Assembly (NCBI GenBank): GCA_038213805.1 | Contig: JBBQSO010000059.1 | Span: forward strand, 1-34,544 | Source: Planctomycetota bacterium | GTDB lineage: Bacteria; Planctomycetota; UBA11346 | DNA: 34,544 bases | Direction: 5' to 3' | Part shown: positions 10,225 through 19,338 of the stretch, one piece after another | Position numbering within the stretch: the stretch's first letter is position 1 | How the letters are laid out: every line of letters begins with the position of its first letter | Made by a program: the position numbers and the translations under genes | Notes under the pieces: model-generated | Seen by the model: the letters and a program-made list of their open reading frames with translations, nothing else | What the model was told of the DNA's origin: nothing | Databases searched by the model: none

Positions 10225-10246
10225 ATCCACCGGTCGTGAGGAGCTG

Positions 10247-10502
10247 GACAGCCAGATAGAACAGGAGCCGCGGAGACGCGGAGGCCGGAAGAGGGGAGCG
10301 GCAGGTGGATGGACATCGCACTGGCACAGCAGTGATTGCACACGTGTCGTGTCGCGGCGGCAGAGGGCTCCGCACCCAGCCCACCTATTCCGTTGATCGC
10401 GGCCTGCACGTGATGGGCAGTAGTGCGGTAGCAGGTTGAAGCGGACCCAGCCGTCCTCATCCGTTCTCCGCGGCTCCTCGCATCTTGTTCTATCCGGCTG
10501 TC
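10247..10502. mobile_element. MITE-like element, copy A (terminal inverted repeats, non-coding)
   Basis: Ends GACAGCCAGATAGAACAGGA (10247-10266) and TCTTGTTCTATCCGGCTGTC (10483-10502) match at 18/20 as an inverted repeat. Inner perfect 13-bp IR GGAGCCGCGGAGA. Related copy at 22101-22316. Confidence 0.55.
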
Positions 10503-11610
10503 AGGGGATCGCCGGACCCGGATCGGCCGTCGGTGGCGGCGCGGCGCGCAGCGAACGCGGGTGGGGTAGGGCGGGTGGGCCTGTAAGTGACGGCGTGGCG
10601 AGATCCCGGAGCAGGGTCGCGCGCAGCCCCTTGAGCGAGCGGTAGTACTCGAGGGTCGCAGCGAGGGCGTCGTCCTCGGGGTCGAGGTGCAGGGCGCGCG
10701 ACTGCGCGGTGATGGCCTCGTCGATGAGGCCAGCGGTGGCGAGCAGGCGCGCCTGGGTGATGATGTAGGCGGGCTCATCCGGATCGAGGGCCAGGGCGCG
10801 CCGCACCAGCGGCACCACCAGGTCGAGGTTGCGGTGCGCGAGGTCCTCGTTGTCGAGACGGTCGCGGGCCAGCTCGTCGGCATCTTCGGCGGTCAGCCTG
10901 TCCAGCGGCAGGGCTGCGAGCGCGCTGCGGATCTCATCCGCGTGGTCGAGTTCGACGGCGAGCGAGAAGCGCGTGCGCAGGGCTAAGACGTTGGCCGGAT
11001 CCGTGGCCAGGATCTTGGTGGTGGCGTCCCAGGCGTCGCTGTTGGCCTGCTGCGGATCGGGATGATCGCCCTCGGTGAGTTCGCGCAGCTCCTGCTCCAT
11101 GGGCGCGAGCTTGAGCAGCAGGTCGGTGTCGACGGTGCCCCACAGCAGGCGCGCCAGCACGCTTTCCATGTCGTCGGGTTTGCCGTGCCAGGCGAGCCGC
11201 CCTCCGCCATCGACCAGGAATACATCGGGCAGCTCGCCATCCGGCTGCCACGCGGCGACGGTCGCGGCGTCGGCCAGGCCGACGTGGTAGTCGATCTCGC
11301 CGCCAAGGTCGTCGATGAACGGCCGCACCACCTCGGCCTTCTCGCCGCTGAGCCCGACGACGTGCAGCACGTCGCGGTAGCGGTGGCCGAGCTCCGTCAG
11401 GCGCGTGGTCGAGGCGGTGGGCGCCTCGGTGCTCCAGAACTCGATCAGCGTCAACGCCCCGGTCAGCACGACCGGCTGGTCCTTGATCCAGGTCACTCCC
11501 GTGAACGCCGGAACCTTGGCGCCGACTTCGAGCGCCCCGAGCACCGGCACGCACCCTACCAGCACGGCGCAGGCGCACACGGCGGCGATCAGGGCGGAAT
11601 TGCGGCGCAT
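10501..11610 (-). CDS. Exported thioredoxin-fold (TlpA/redoxin-like) plus TPR protein lacking CxxC
   Basis: Signal/lipoprotein-like N-terminus. LEVGAKVP...WIK...LIEFW...VVGLSGE...LP.VFLVD..G.LAWHG.P redoxin pattern. C-terminal TPR-like helices (ALALDPDEP, DEAITAQSRAL). Confidence 0.8.
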   Translation of the reverse strand: MRRNSALIAAVCACAVLVGCVPVLGALEVGAKVPAFTGVTWIKDQPVVLTGALTLIEFWSTEAPTASTTRLTELGHRYRDVLHVVGLSGEKAEVVRPFIDDLGGEIDYHVGLADAATVAAWQPDGELPDVFLVDGGGRLAWHGKPDDMESVLARLLWGTVDTDLLLKLAPMEQELRELTEGDHPDPQQANSDAWDATTKILATDPANVLALRTRFSLAVELDHADEIRSALAALPLDRLTAEDADELARDRLDNEDLAHRNLDLVVPLVRRALALDPDEPAYIITQARLLATAGLIDEAITAQSRALHLDPEDDALAATLEYYRSLKGLRATLLRDLATPSLTGPPALPHPRSLRAAPPPTADPGPAIP

Positions 11611-11676
11611 CGGTGCTCCAGGGCGGCGGTCCGGGGATGACATGGGACGCCGGCGGGGGGCAAGGGCTTTCTGGGG

Positions 11677-11740
11677 GAAGTCATGAAGTCCGGAGGTCCG
11701 GAAGTCCGGAAGTCCAGAAGTCCGGAAGTCCAGAAGTCGA
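11677..11740 (+). repeat. Octamer tandem array (GAAGTCCG)x8, degenerate
   Basis: Units gaagtcat gaagtccg gaggtccg gaagtccg gaagtcca gaagtccg gaagtcca gaagtcga. Confidence 0.95.
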
Positions 11741-11839
11741 CAGCCCCTGTTCACCTGGTCCAGCCCTGTCCACTGACCGCTGACAGGCCGCTGGCGGCCA
11801 TGCTTCAGCCGCGTCCCGTCACCCGCCAGCAGTCCTTCC

Positions 11840-11875
11840 CCGACTCCCGGACTTCCGGACTTCCGGACTTCCGGA
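11840..11875 (-). repeat. Inverted octamer array (CGGACTTC)x~4.5
   Basis: ccgactcc cggacttc cggacttc cggacttc cgga; reverse complement of the array at 11677-11740. Confidence 0.95.
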
Positions 11876-11890
11876 TAGAGGCAATCCTCC

Positions 11891-13372
11891 TCAATACGCG
11901 AATGCCTCGATGCGCACCTTCGGCAGCAGCGACTCTTGCTTGCTCAGCCAGGTGTCGACACAGCGCGCGACCTCGCGGCCCTCGGCGATGGCCCACACGA
12001 TCAGCGACTGGCCGCGGCGCGCGTCGCCAGCAGCGAACACGCCATCAACCGAGGTCATGCGCGTGGTGCCGTCGGTCTTGACGTTGCCGCGTTCGTCCAG
12101 GGCGACGCCGGTCTGCTCAAGCAGGCCGCCCTTGCGCGGCCCGAGGAAGCCCATGGCGAGCAGGACCAGGTCCGCCTCCCAGGTCTTCTCGCTGCCGGCG
12201 ACTTCGACCGGCTTGCCCGACGACCAGTCGAGGGTCACGGTCTGCAGACCCGTGACTTTGCCGTCCTTGCCGAAGAACTGCTTGGTCGCCAGCGAGTAGT
12301 GCACACCGCCGCCAGTCGTGGTGAGCTCCTCGACCGACGACGAGATGCGCTTGACGCGTGCCCACTGCGGCCACGGGTTGCCGCCGGTGCGCGCGCCGGG
12401 GGGCTCGGGCATGAGCTCGAAGTTGACCACCCCGGTGGCCTCCTGGCGCAGCGAGGTGCCGATGCAGTCCGAGCCGGTGTCGCCGCCACCGATGACGATG
12501 ACCTTGCGGCCCTTGGCGTGGATCTTCTGCTTCTTCGGGTGCAGCGCGGCGACGTCGGCGTCGCCCCAGTTGGAGCGGTTCGACTGTGGGAGGAACTCCA
12601 TCGCGAAGTGGACGCCGTCGAGTTCGCGGCCGGGCATCGGCAGATCTCGACCGGCCTCGGCGCCGGTCGAGATGACCACCGCGTCGTAGCCGCCTTTCAA
12701 CTGCTCCCAGGTGATGTCGACGCCGACCTCGACCTGGTAGCGGAACTCGATGCCTTCGGCGACCAGCAGGTCGACGCGGCGCTGGACCTTCTCCTTGCGC
12801 AGCTTGTAGTGCGGGATGCCGTACATCAGCAGACCGCCGGCGCGGTCGTGCTTCTCGAACACCGTGACGGTGTGGCCGGCGCGGTTGAGCTGCTGCGCGC
12901 AGGCCAGGCCGGCGGGGCCGCCGCCGATGACCGCGACCTTCTTGCCGCTGCGCACGGGCGGCGGCTCGGGCTTGATCCAGCCCATGGCGAAGCCCTTGTC
13001 GACGATCGAGACCTCGTGCAGCTTGATCGTCACGGGCTGCTCGTTGATGCCGAGCACGCACGAGTTCTCGCACGGCGCCGGGCACACCCGGCCGGTGAAT
13101 TCCGGGAAGTTGTTGGTGGCGTGCAGGACTTGCAGGGCCTCCTGCCAGCGTCCGCGGAAGATCAGGTCGTTCCACTCGGGGATGAGGTTGCCGAGCGGGC
13201 AGCCGGTCATGCAGAACGGCACGCCGCAGTCCATGCAGCGGCTGGCCTGGGTCTTGACCTGCTCCTCGGTGAACTCCTCGATGTGCTCCTCGTGATTAAG
13301 CAGGCGCTCGGTCACTCCCAGATATTTGGGGGACATGCGGCCGTGCTTCATGAAGCCCTTGGGATCGCCCAT
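11891..13372 (-). CDS. gltD: Glutamate synthase small (beta) subunit
   Basis: MGDPKGF, RCMDCGVPFC..GCP, TNNFPEFTGRVCPAPCE, GGGPAG, GGGDTGSDC, GDARRGQSLIVWAIAEGR. Confidence 0.97.
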   Translation of the reverse strand: MGDPKGFMKHGRMSPKYLGVTERLLNHEEHIEEFTEEQVKTQASRCMDCGVPFCMTGCPLGNLIPEWNDLIFRGRWQEALQVLHATNNFPEFTGRVCPAPCENSCVLGINEQPVTIKLHEVSIVDKGFAMGWIKPEPPPVRSGKKVAVIGGGPAGLACAQQLNRAGHTVTVFEKHDRAGGLLMYGIPHYKLRKEKVQRRVDLLVAEGIEFRYQVEVGVDITWEQLKGGYDAVVISTGAEAGRDLPMPGRELDGVHFAMEFLPQSNRSNWGDADVAALHPKKQKIHAKGRKVIVIGGGDTGSDCIGTSLRQEATGVVNFELMPEPPGARTGGNPWPQWARVKRISSSVEELTTTGGGVHYSLATKQFFGKDGKVTGLQTVTLDWSSGKPVEVAGSEKTWEADLVLLAMGFLGPRKGGLLEQTGVALDERGNVKTDGTTRMTSVDGVFAAGDARRGQSLIVWAIAEGREVARCVDTWLSKQESLLPKVRIEAFAY

Positions 13373-13399
13373 TTCTTTATCCTTCTGCTGAGAACGGCT

Positions 13400-13439
13400 G
13401 GAGTCGGGAAGTCCGGGAGTCTGGAAGTCCGGAAGTCGG
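13400..13439 (+). repeat. Octamer array (GAAGTCCG)x5 between gltB and gltD, with short inverted partner at ~13489-13502
   Basis: ggagtcgg gaagtccg ggagtctg gaagtccg gaagtcgg; partner tcgactcccggact. Confidence 0.9.
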
Positions 13440-13509
13440 GGTGTGCGCGCCGAGGTCGGACCGCGATGCTTCGTGGCAACCGGGGCTGTCGACTCCCGGA
13501 CTGGTGAGG

Positions 13510-16500
13510 TCAGACACGCGCCGCCCCCTTGCCACCGGTCTTGGCCTTGGCCGCGCGCTCAAGCAGCACGCGCCGGTACTCGTGCGGGAAGACCTTGACG
13601 AACTTCTTCCGCTCCTCCTCCCAGGCGCCGAGCACGCGCTTCGCGATCGGCGAGCCGGTGAGGTCGGCGTGCTTCTGCACCAGCTCGCGCACCAGGCTGC
13701 TGTCCTCGGCCTCGTGCAGCTGCTCGAGGTCGACCATGCCCTGGTTGCAGCGCCGGTTGAAGCGCCGCGACTCGTCGTAGATGAAGGCCAGGCCGCCGGA
13801 CATGCCGGCCGCGAAGTTGCGCCCGGTCTTGCCCAGCACCACCACCGTGCCGCCGGTCATGTACTCGCAGCCGTGGTCGCCCACGCCCTCGACCACCGCC
13901 TTGCAGCCGGAGTTGCGCACGCCGAAACGCTCGCCACCCATGCCGGCGAAGAACACCTCGCCGCCGGTCGCGCCGTAGATCACGGTGTTGCCGACGATCG
14001 AGTTCTCATTCCAGGCGAAGGCCGCGCCCGGCGCCGGATGGATGACGATGCGCCCACCCGACATGCCCTTGCCGACATAATCATTGCCGTCGCCGACCAG
14101 CTTGAGGTGGATGCCCTCGGCCAGGAAGGCGCCGAAGCTCTGACCCGACACGCCGGTGAAGGTGATGTCGATGGTGCCTGGGGGCAGGCCCTCGCGACCG
14201 TGGCGCTTGGCGATCTCGCCCGAGAGCATGGTGCAGGCGGTACGGTTCGAGTTGCGCAGCGGCAGCGCGATCACCACCTTCTCCTTGCGCTCAAGTGCAG
14301 GTTTGGCCAGCTCGATGAGCTTGCGGTCGAGCACCGCGCTGATGCCGTGGTCCTGGCTGGCCACGCAGCGCGTCGCGACGTCCGCGCCGACCGTGGGCTT
14401 CATCAGGATCTTGGCGTAGTCCAGGCCCTGCGACTTCCAGTGCTTGATCGCCTCGTTCATCTCAAGCATCTCGGTGCGCCCGACCAGCTCGTCGAGCGAG
14501 CGGCAGCCGAGCTTGGCGAGCAGTTCGCGCACCTCCTCGGCGATGAAGGTGAAGAAGGTGACGACGTGCTCGGCCTTGCCGTTGAACTTCTTGCGCAGCG
14601 CCTCGTTCTGGGTCGCGACGCCCACCGGGCAGGTGTCGAGGTGGCACTTGCGCATCATGATGCAGCCGACCGTGACCAGTGCGACGGTGGCGAAGCCGAA
14701 CTCCTCGGCGCCGAGGATCGCGGCGATGACCACGTCGCGGCCGGTGCGTAGCAGGCCGTCGGTCTGCACCTTGATGCGTCCACGCAGATCGTTGAGCACC
14801 AGCGTCTGGTGGGTCTCGGCCAGGCCGAGTTCCCACGGGATGCCGGCGTGCTTGATCGACGAGATCGGGCTGGCGCCGGTGCCGCCCTCACAGCCCGAGA
14901 TGGTCACCAGGTCGGCGTGCGCCTTGGCCACGCCCGCCGCGACCGTGCCGACCCCGACCTCGCTGACCAGCTTGACCGAGACGTTGGCGGCCGGATTGAC
15001 GTTCTTGAGGTCGTAGATGAGCTGCGCGAGATCCTCGATCGAATAGATGTCGTGGTGCGGCGGCGGGCTGATCAGCGTCACGTTGGGCACGCTGTGGCGC
15101 AGCCGCGCGATGTATTCCGAGACCTTGTGGCCGGGCAGCTGGCCGCCCTCGCCGGGCTTGGCGCCCTGGGCCATCTTGATCTGGATCTCGTCGGCGTTGA
15201 CCAGGTAGTGGGGGGTGACGCCGAAGCGCCCCGAGGCCACCTGCTTGATTGCCGAGCGGCGCAGGTCGCCGTTGGCGTCGCGCACGAAGCGCCGCGCGTC
15301 CTCGCCGCCCTCGCCGGTGTTGGAGCGCCCGCCGATGCGGTTCATGGCGATCGCCATGGTCTCGTGCGCCTCGGTCGAGATCGAGCCGAGCGACATCGCG
15401 CCGGTGCAGAAGCGCTTGAAGATCGCCTCGACCGGCTCGACCTGATCGAGCGGGATCGGCGTGGTGTCCTTGAACTTGAACAGGCCGCGCAGGGTCGCGA
15501 GCTGCTTGGCCTGGTCGTCGATCAGCCTGGTGTAGCGGCGGAAGGTCGAGCGGTCGCCGGCGCGCACCGAGTGCTGCAGCAGGGCGATGACCTCGGGGTT
15601 CATGATGTGGTGGTCGCCCTCGCGTCGCCAATGGTAGTAGCCGCCGCGCTCGAGGTCGCGGTTGGCGTCGATCAGCGGCGCGAAGGCGACGCGGTGCCGG
15701 GTCAGGGTCTCGCGCGCGATCTCGAGCACGCCGGCGCCCTCGATGCGCGTGGCAGTGCCGGTGAAGTACTTCTTCACGAACGGCGTGGACAGGCCGATGG
15801 CCTCGAAGATCTGCGCCGAGCAGTAGCTCTGCAGGGTCGAGATGCCCATCTTCGAGAACACCTTGTACAGGCCCTTGCCGATGGCCTTGATGTAACGCTT
15901 GGTGTAGTGGTAGACGGCGTCGTGCTCCTCGTCGGCGGCGCGGTTGCCGTCGAACTCGGGCAGGATGCCGGCGTCGACCAGGTCAAGGATCGAGTCGAAG
16001 GCCAGGTAGGGGTTGATGGCGGTGGCGCCGTAGCCGACCAGCAGTGCGAAGTGGTGGGTCTCGCGCGGCTCGCCGAACTCGACGATCAGCGAGCACTGGG
16101 TGCGCTTGCCGACGCGAATCAGGTGGTGGTGGATGGCCGAGACCGCAAGCAGCGCCGGGATCGGCGCCTGCTCGGCGGTGACGCCGCGATCGCTGAGCAC
16201 CAGCACGGTGAAGCCGTGGTCGACGGCGCGCTCGGCCTCGATGAACAGCGCGTCGAGGCGCTGCTCGAGACCCGCGGGGCCGTCCTTGACCGGGAAGAGC
16301 ATGTTCAAGGTGGTGCCGCGGAAACCGGGCACGTCGGCCTGGCGCAGCTGCTCGAGTTCCTCGTTGGCGAGGATCGGCTGCTCGATCTCCAGCATCCGGC
16401 AGTGCTCCGGACCGGGCTCGAGGATGTTGCGCGCGCTACCCACGTACTGGACCAGCGACATCACGATCTCTTCGCGGATCGGGTCGATGGGCGGGTTGGT

Positions 16501-18069
16501 GACCTGGGCGAAGAGCTGCTTGAAGTAGTTGTAGAGCGGCTTGGGCTGGGTGGTCAGCACCGCGGCCGGGGTGTCGTCACCCATCGAGCCGACCGGCTCC
16601 TGCCCGTCGATGGCCATCGGCGCCATCACCACCTTGAGGTCCTCGACGGTGTAGCCGAAGGCCTGCTGCTGCTGGCGCAGCTGGGCGTGCTTGGGCACCG
16701 GCGGCTGGGCCGGCGCGGGCAGCTGGTCGAGGGTGATCTTGTAGCGCTCTATCCAGTCGGCGTAGTTGTGCGCCGCGGACAGTTCCTCCTTGATCGCCTC
16801 GTCCTCGAGGAAGACGCCGCGCGCGGTATCGACCACCAGCATCTTGCCGGGCGCCAGGCGGCCCTTGCGCGCCACCTGGTCGGCGGGGAAGTCGAGCACG
16901 CCCATCTCCGAGGCGTAGCAGATGTCGCCGGAGTTGGTGATGGTGTAGCGCGCCGGGCGCAGGCCGTTGCGGTCGAGCGCCGCGACGATCGACACGCCGT
17001 CGCAGGTCACCAGGTTGGCCGGGCCGTCCCACGGCTCCATCATGGTCGCGTGGTATTCGTAGAAGCCCTTGCGCGCGCGCGGCAGGCTGGTGCGCGAGGC
17101 CCACGCCTCCGGCACCATCATCGCCAGGGCGTGCGGCAGCGAGCGGCCGGTGCGCACCAGCATCTCGAGCGCGTTGTCGAAACAGGCGGTGTCCGAGCCG
17201 CCCTCGATGATCACCGGGCGCAGGTGCTTGACGCCGTCGCCGAGGTCCTTGTGGGCGAGCAGCGCCTCGCGCGCGCGCATGCGGTTGACGTTGCCGCGCA
17301 GGGTGTTGATCTCGCCGTTGTGGGCGACGAAGCGGAACGGGTGCGCCAGGTCCCAGGTCGGGAAGGTGTTGGTCGAGTAGCGCTGGTGGACCAGGGCCAG
17401 GGCCGAGGCCGCGCGCGGATCGCTCAGGTCGGGGAAGTACACGCCGAGCTGCTCGGCCAGGAACATGCCCTTGTAGACGATCGACTTCGACGACAGCGAG
17501 CAGATGTAGAAGAAGTGCTCGGGCGAGAGGTTGCCGATGCGGATGGTGTTCTCGGCCTGCTTGCGCGCCAGGTAGAGGGCGAGTTCGAAGCGTGTCGACG
17601 AGGTCGCCCCGCGGCCGACGAAGAGCTGCTTGACCTGCGGCTCGCTGGCGCGGGCGTTGCGCCCCAGAGTGCGGTTGTCGGTGGGCACGTCGCGCCAGCC
17701 GAGCAGCTGCAGGTGCTGGGCGGCGACCGCCTCCTCGACGGCCCGCATGCAGTTGCTGCGGCGCTGCTCGTCCGGCGGCAGGAAGATCACGCCCGCGCCG
17801 TAGTCGCCGCTGGCCGGCAGGCTGAACGGCACCACTGCACGGAACAGCGCGTCTGGGATTTGGATGAGGATGCCGGCGCCGTCGCCGTCGTTGGGGTCTG
17901 CACCCACCGCGCCGCGGTGGGTAAGGTTGCAGAGGATCTTCAGACCACGGGTGATGATGTCGTGGCTCTTGGCGCCCTTGATGTTGGCCAGGAAGCCGAC
18001 GCCGCAGGCATCGTGCTCGAAGTACGGATCGTAGAGGCCCTGGGCAGGGGGGAGGCCATGGTGCGTCAT
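13510..18069 (-). CDS. gltB: Glutamate synthase large (alpha) subunit
   Basis: HDACGVGF N-terminal nucleophile, HQRYSTNT, HNGEINT, QGAKPGEGGQLPG, CIMMRKCHLDTCPVG Fe-S motif, GXGXG C-terminal domain; 1519 aa. Confidence 0.98.
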   Translation of the reverse strand: MTHHGLPPAQGLYDPYFEHDACGVGFLANIKGAKSHDIITRGLKILCNLTHRGAVGADPNDGDGAGILIQIPDALFRAVVPFSLPASGDYGAGVIFLPPDEQRRSNCMRAVEEAVAAQHLQLLGWRDVPTDNRTLGRNARASEPQVKQLFVGRGATSSTRFELALYLARKQAENTIRIGNLSPEHFFYICSLSSKSIVYKGMFLAEQLGVYFPDLSDPRAASALALVHQRYSTNTFPTWDLAHPFRFVAHNGEINTLRGNVNRMRAREALLAHKDLGDGVKHLRPVIIEGGSDTACFDNALEMLVRTGRSLPHALAMMVPEAWASRTSLPRARKGFYEYHATMMEPWDGPANLVTCDGVSIVAALDRNGLRPARYTITNSGDICYASEMGVLDFPADQVARKGRLAPGKMLVVDTARGVFLEDEAIKEELSAAHNYADWIERYKITLDQLPAPAQPPVPKHAQLRQQQQAFGYTVEDLKVVMAPMAIDGQEPVGSMGDDTPAAVLTTQPKPLYNYFKQLFAQVTNPPIDPIREEIVMSLVQYVGSARNILEPGPEHCRMLEIEQPILANEELEQLRQADVPGFRGTTLNMLFPVKDGPAGLEQRLDALFIEAERAVDHGFTVLVLSDRGVTAEQAPIPALLAVSAIHHHLIRVGKRTQCSLIVEFGEPRETHHFALLVGYGATAINPYLAFDSILDLVDAGILPEFDGNRAADEEHDAVYHYTKRYIKAIGKGLYKVFSKMGISTLQSYCSAQIFEAIGLSTPFVKKYFTGTATRIEGAGVLEIARETLTRHRVAFAPLIDANRDLERGGYYHWRREGDHHIMNPEVIALLQHSVRAGDRSTFRRYTRLIDDQAKQLATLRGLFKFKDTTPIPLDQVEPVEAIFKRFCTGAMSLGSISTEAHETMAIAMNRIGGRSNTGEGGEDARRFVRDANGDLRRSAIKQVASGRFGVTPHYLVNADEIQIKMAQGAKPGEGGQLPGHKVSEYIARLRHSVPNVTLISPPPHHDIYSIEDLAQLIYDLKNVNPAANVSVKLVSEVGVGTVAAGVAKAHADLVTISGCEGGTGASPISSIKHAGIPWELGLAETHQTLVLNDLRGRIKVQTDGLLRTGRDVVIAAILGAEEFGFATVALVTVGCIMMRKCHLDTCPVGVATQNEALRKKFNGKAEHVVTFFTFIAEEVRELLAKLGCRSLDELVGRTEMLEMNEAIKHWKSQGLDYAKILMKPTVGADVATRCVASQDHGISAVLDRKLIELAKPALERKEKVVIALPLRNSNRTACTMLSGEIAKRHGREGLPPGTIDITFTGVSGQSFGAFLAEGIHLKLVGDGNDYVGKGMSGGRIVIHPAPGAAFAWNENSIVGNTVIYGATGGEVFFAGMGGERFGVRNSGCKAVVEGVGDHGCEYMTGGTVVVLGKTGRNFAAGMSGGLAFIYDESRRFNRRCNQGMVDLEQLHEAEDSSLVRELVQKHADLTGSPIAKRVLGAWEEERKKFVKVFPHEYRRVLLERAAKAKTGGKGAARV

Positions 18070-18124
18070 GGGCGGACCTTAGTGGTGCAGGAAGCGTTGA
18101 CGAGAGCGGGCGACTGATGAACGG

Positions 18125-19321
18125 TTATGCAGAGGCCCCGGCGGCGATGAGCAGGCCGGTGGCGGCCCTGCGGAAATCCTGGTAGGGGATGAGCTGCTCG
18201 TAGGGCGCAGGGCCGACCATCGGGCGGCTGAAGTCGAGGCGCAGCTGCGGGCTGCCCTGGGCGCCCCGCTGCGAGTGCTGCTTCAGCCGGTCGTGCTCCC
18301 ACAGGCTGGCGAGCGGATTGAGGCCGGTGGCCAGCACCACTCCGGCGCGCCCCTCGTGCACCGGCACGTTCATCACCGGCTGGCCTGGCCGGCCGATGAC
18401 CAGGATGCCGGGGAAACCGGCCGCGGCGCACTCCGCCTCGACCGCGCGCAGCGCCGGCAGGGCGCTCATCGGCACCTCGCGGAATGACGCGGTGATCGCG
18501 CCGGTGCCGGTGTGTGCGGCCTGGCTGACGCTGGTGAAGTTGGCGCGGATGAAGACCTCGTTCGGGCTGAGCGTGGTCGCGTCGTAGCGCATCATTTCAA
18601 GGAAATGCTGCGGTTTGCCATTCTCGACGTGCAGCAGCCCGCCGAAGATCGGATGGGTGGGCGCGCCGCGGCGCATCAGCATGCCCGCCAGGGTCAGCGA
18701 GCACATCGTGCCCAGGCCCAGGCAGCCCGCCGGCACGGCCCGTCCGAGGATGTCTTCGCCCGGCCCCGCCACCAGCACGCGCGAGCCGACCGCCAGGCCG
18801 GCGCCGAACACCGCTTCGAGCTCGTCGCACAGCGGCAGGATGAACTCGCGCGGGATGACGTAGGCGTTGATCGAGACCAGGCCGGTGCCCGCGGCGAGAT
18901 CGAAGCTCAGCTGGCAGGTGGTCTCCTCCATGCGGTAGAGGATGCTGCCCAGGCGGCGCGCGATGGTCAGCTCGCGGGTGATCTCGACGCCGGCCGCGGT
19001 GAGGTGGTAGCCCTTGCGGCCGTGGCGCGCGATCAGGCCGACCTCGGCGAGCTCGGCGAGGTGCAGGCGCAGGGTGCGCTCCGACATCTCCAGGCCCTGG
19101 GATGAGAGGCTGTCCATCAGGTCGCGGCTGGTGACCAGCTCCTTCCAGGGCTGGTCGCGCAGCACCGCCAGGATCGGCTGGAAGCGCTCCCCGTGGCTGC
19201 GCACGAGATCGCGCAGCTCCGCGGTCGAGGCGGCTGGCGTCGTTCCACTGGGCAGATCGTCCTCGTCAACCTCGGTGGAGAGGTCCGGAACGAGCGGCAG
19301 GATTTCCTTTGAATCAGGCAT
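18125..19321 (-). CDS. nrpR: NrpR-family (DUF128) nitrogen regulator: winged HTH plus NrpR regulatory domain
   Basis: SERTLRLHL...GLI...GRKG..LT..G wHTH, then G.VSIN, GLAV, GTMCSLTL.G.L...G.P....GGLL, YDATTLSP.EVFI, TSV....TGTG.I.ASFREVP, GLNPLA, recognised as the NrpR pattern. Sits 55 nt upstream of gltB in the same direction. Confidence 0.85.
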   Translation of the reverse strand: MPDSKEILPLVPDLSTEVDEDDLPSGTTPAASTAELRDLVRSHGERFQPILAVLRDQPWKELVTSRDLMDSLSSQGLEMSERTLRLHLAELAEVGLIARHGRKGYHLTAAGVEITRELTIARRLGSILYRMEETTCQLSFDLAAGTGLVSINAYVIPREFILPLCDELEAVFGAGLAVGSRVLVAGPGEDILGRAVPAGCLGLGTMCSLTLAGMLMRRGAPTHPIFGGLLHVENGKPQHFLEMMRYDATTLSPNEVFIRANFTSVSQAAHTGTGAITASFREVPMSALPALRAVEAECAAAGFPGILVIGRPGQPVMNVPVHEGRAGVVLATGLNPLASLWEHDRLKQHSQRGAQGSPQLRLDFSRPMVGPAPYEQLIPYQDFRRAATGLLIAAGASA

Positions 19322-19338
19322 TGGGGACCGTGATTAGT

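Noticed and set aside
11677..11875. Possible CRISPR array
   Set aside because: Units are 7-8 nt and directly tandem, with no repeat-spacer alternation and no cas genes.
11683..12081. ORFs with RKSGSPEV, DFRTSGLP, AECGVRS or SAISHQP peptides (also 22791..22976, 28121..28399, 28171..28386)
   Set aside because: These are translations of the tandem DNA repeats, not independent genes.
14809..18117. 1102-aa + strand ORF and other long antisense ORFs (4093..6420, 11936..13507, 20572..22263, 28276..29895, 32603..34333)
   Set aside because: They overlap well-supported genes on the opposite strand. Long stop-free antisense frames are expected at high GC3.
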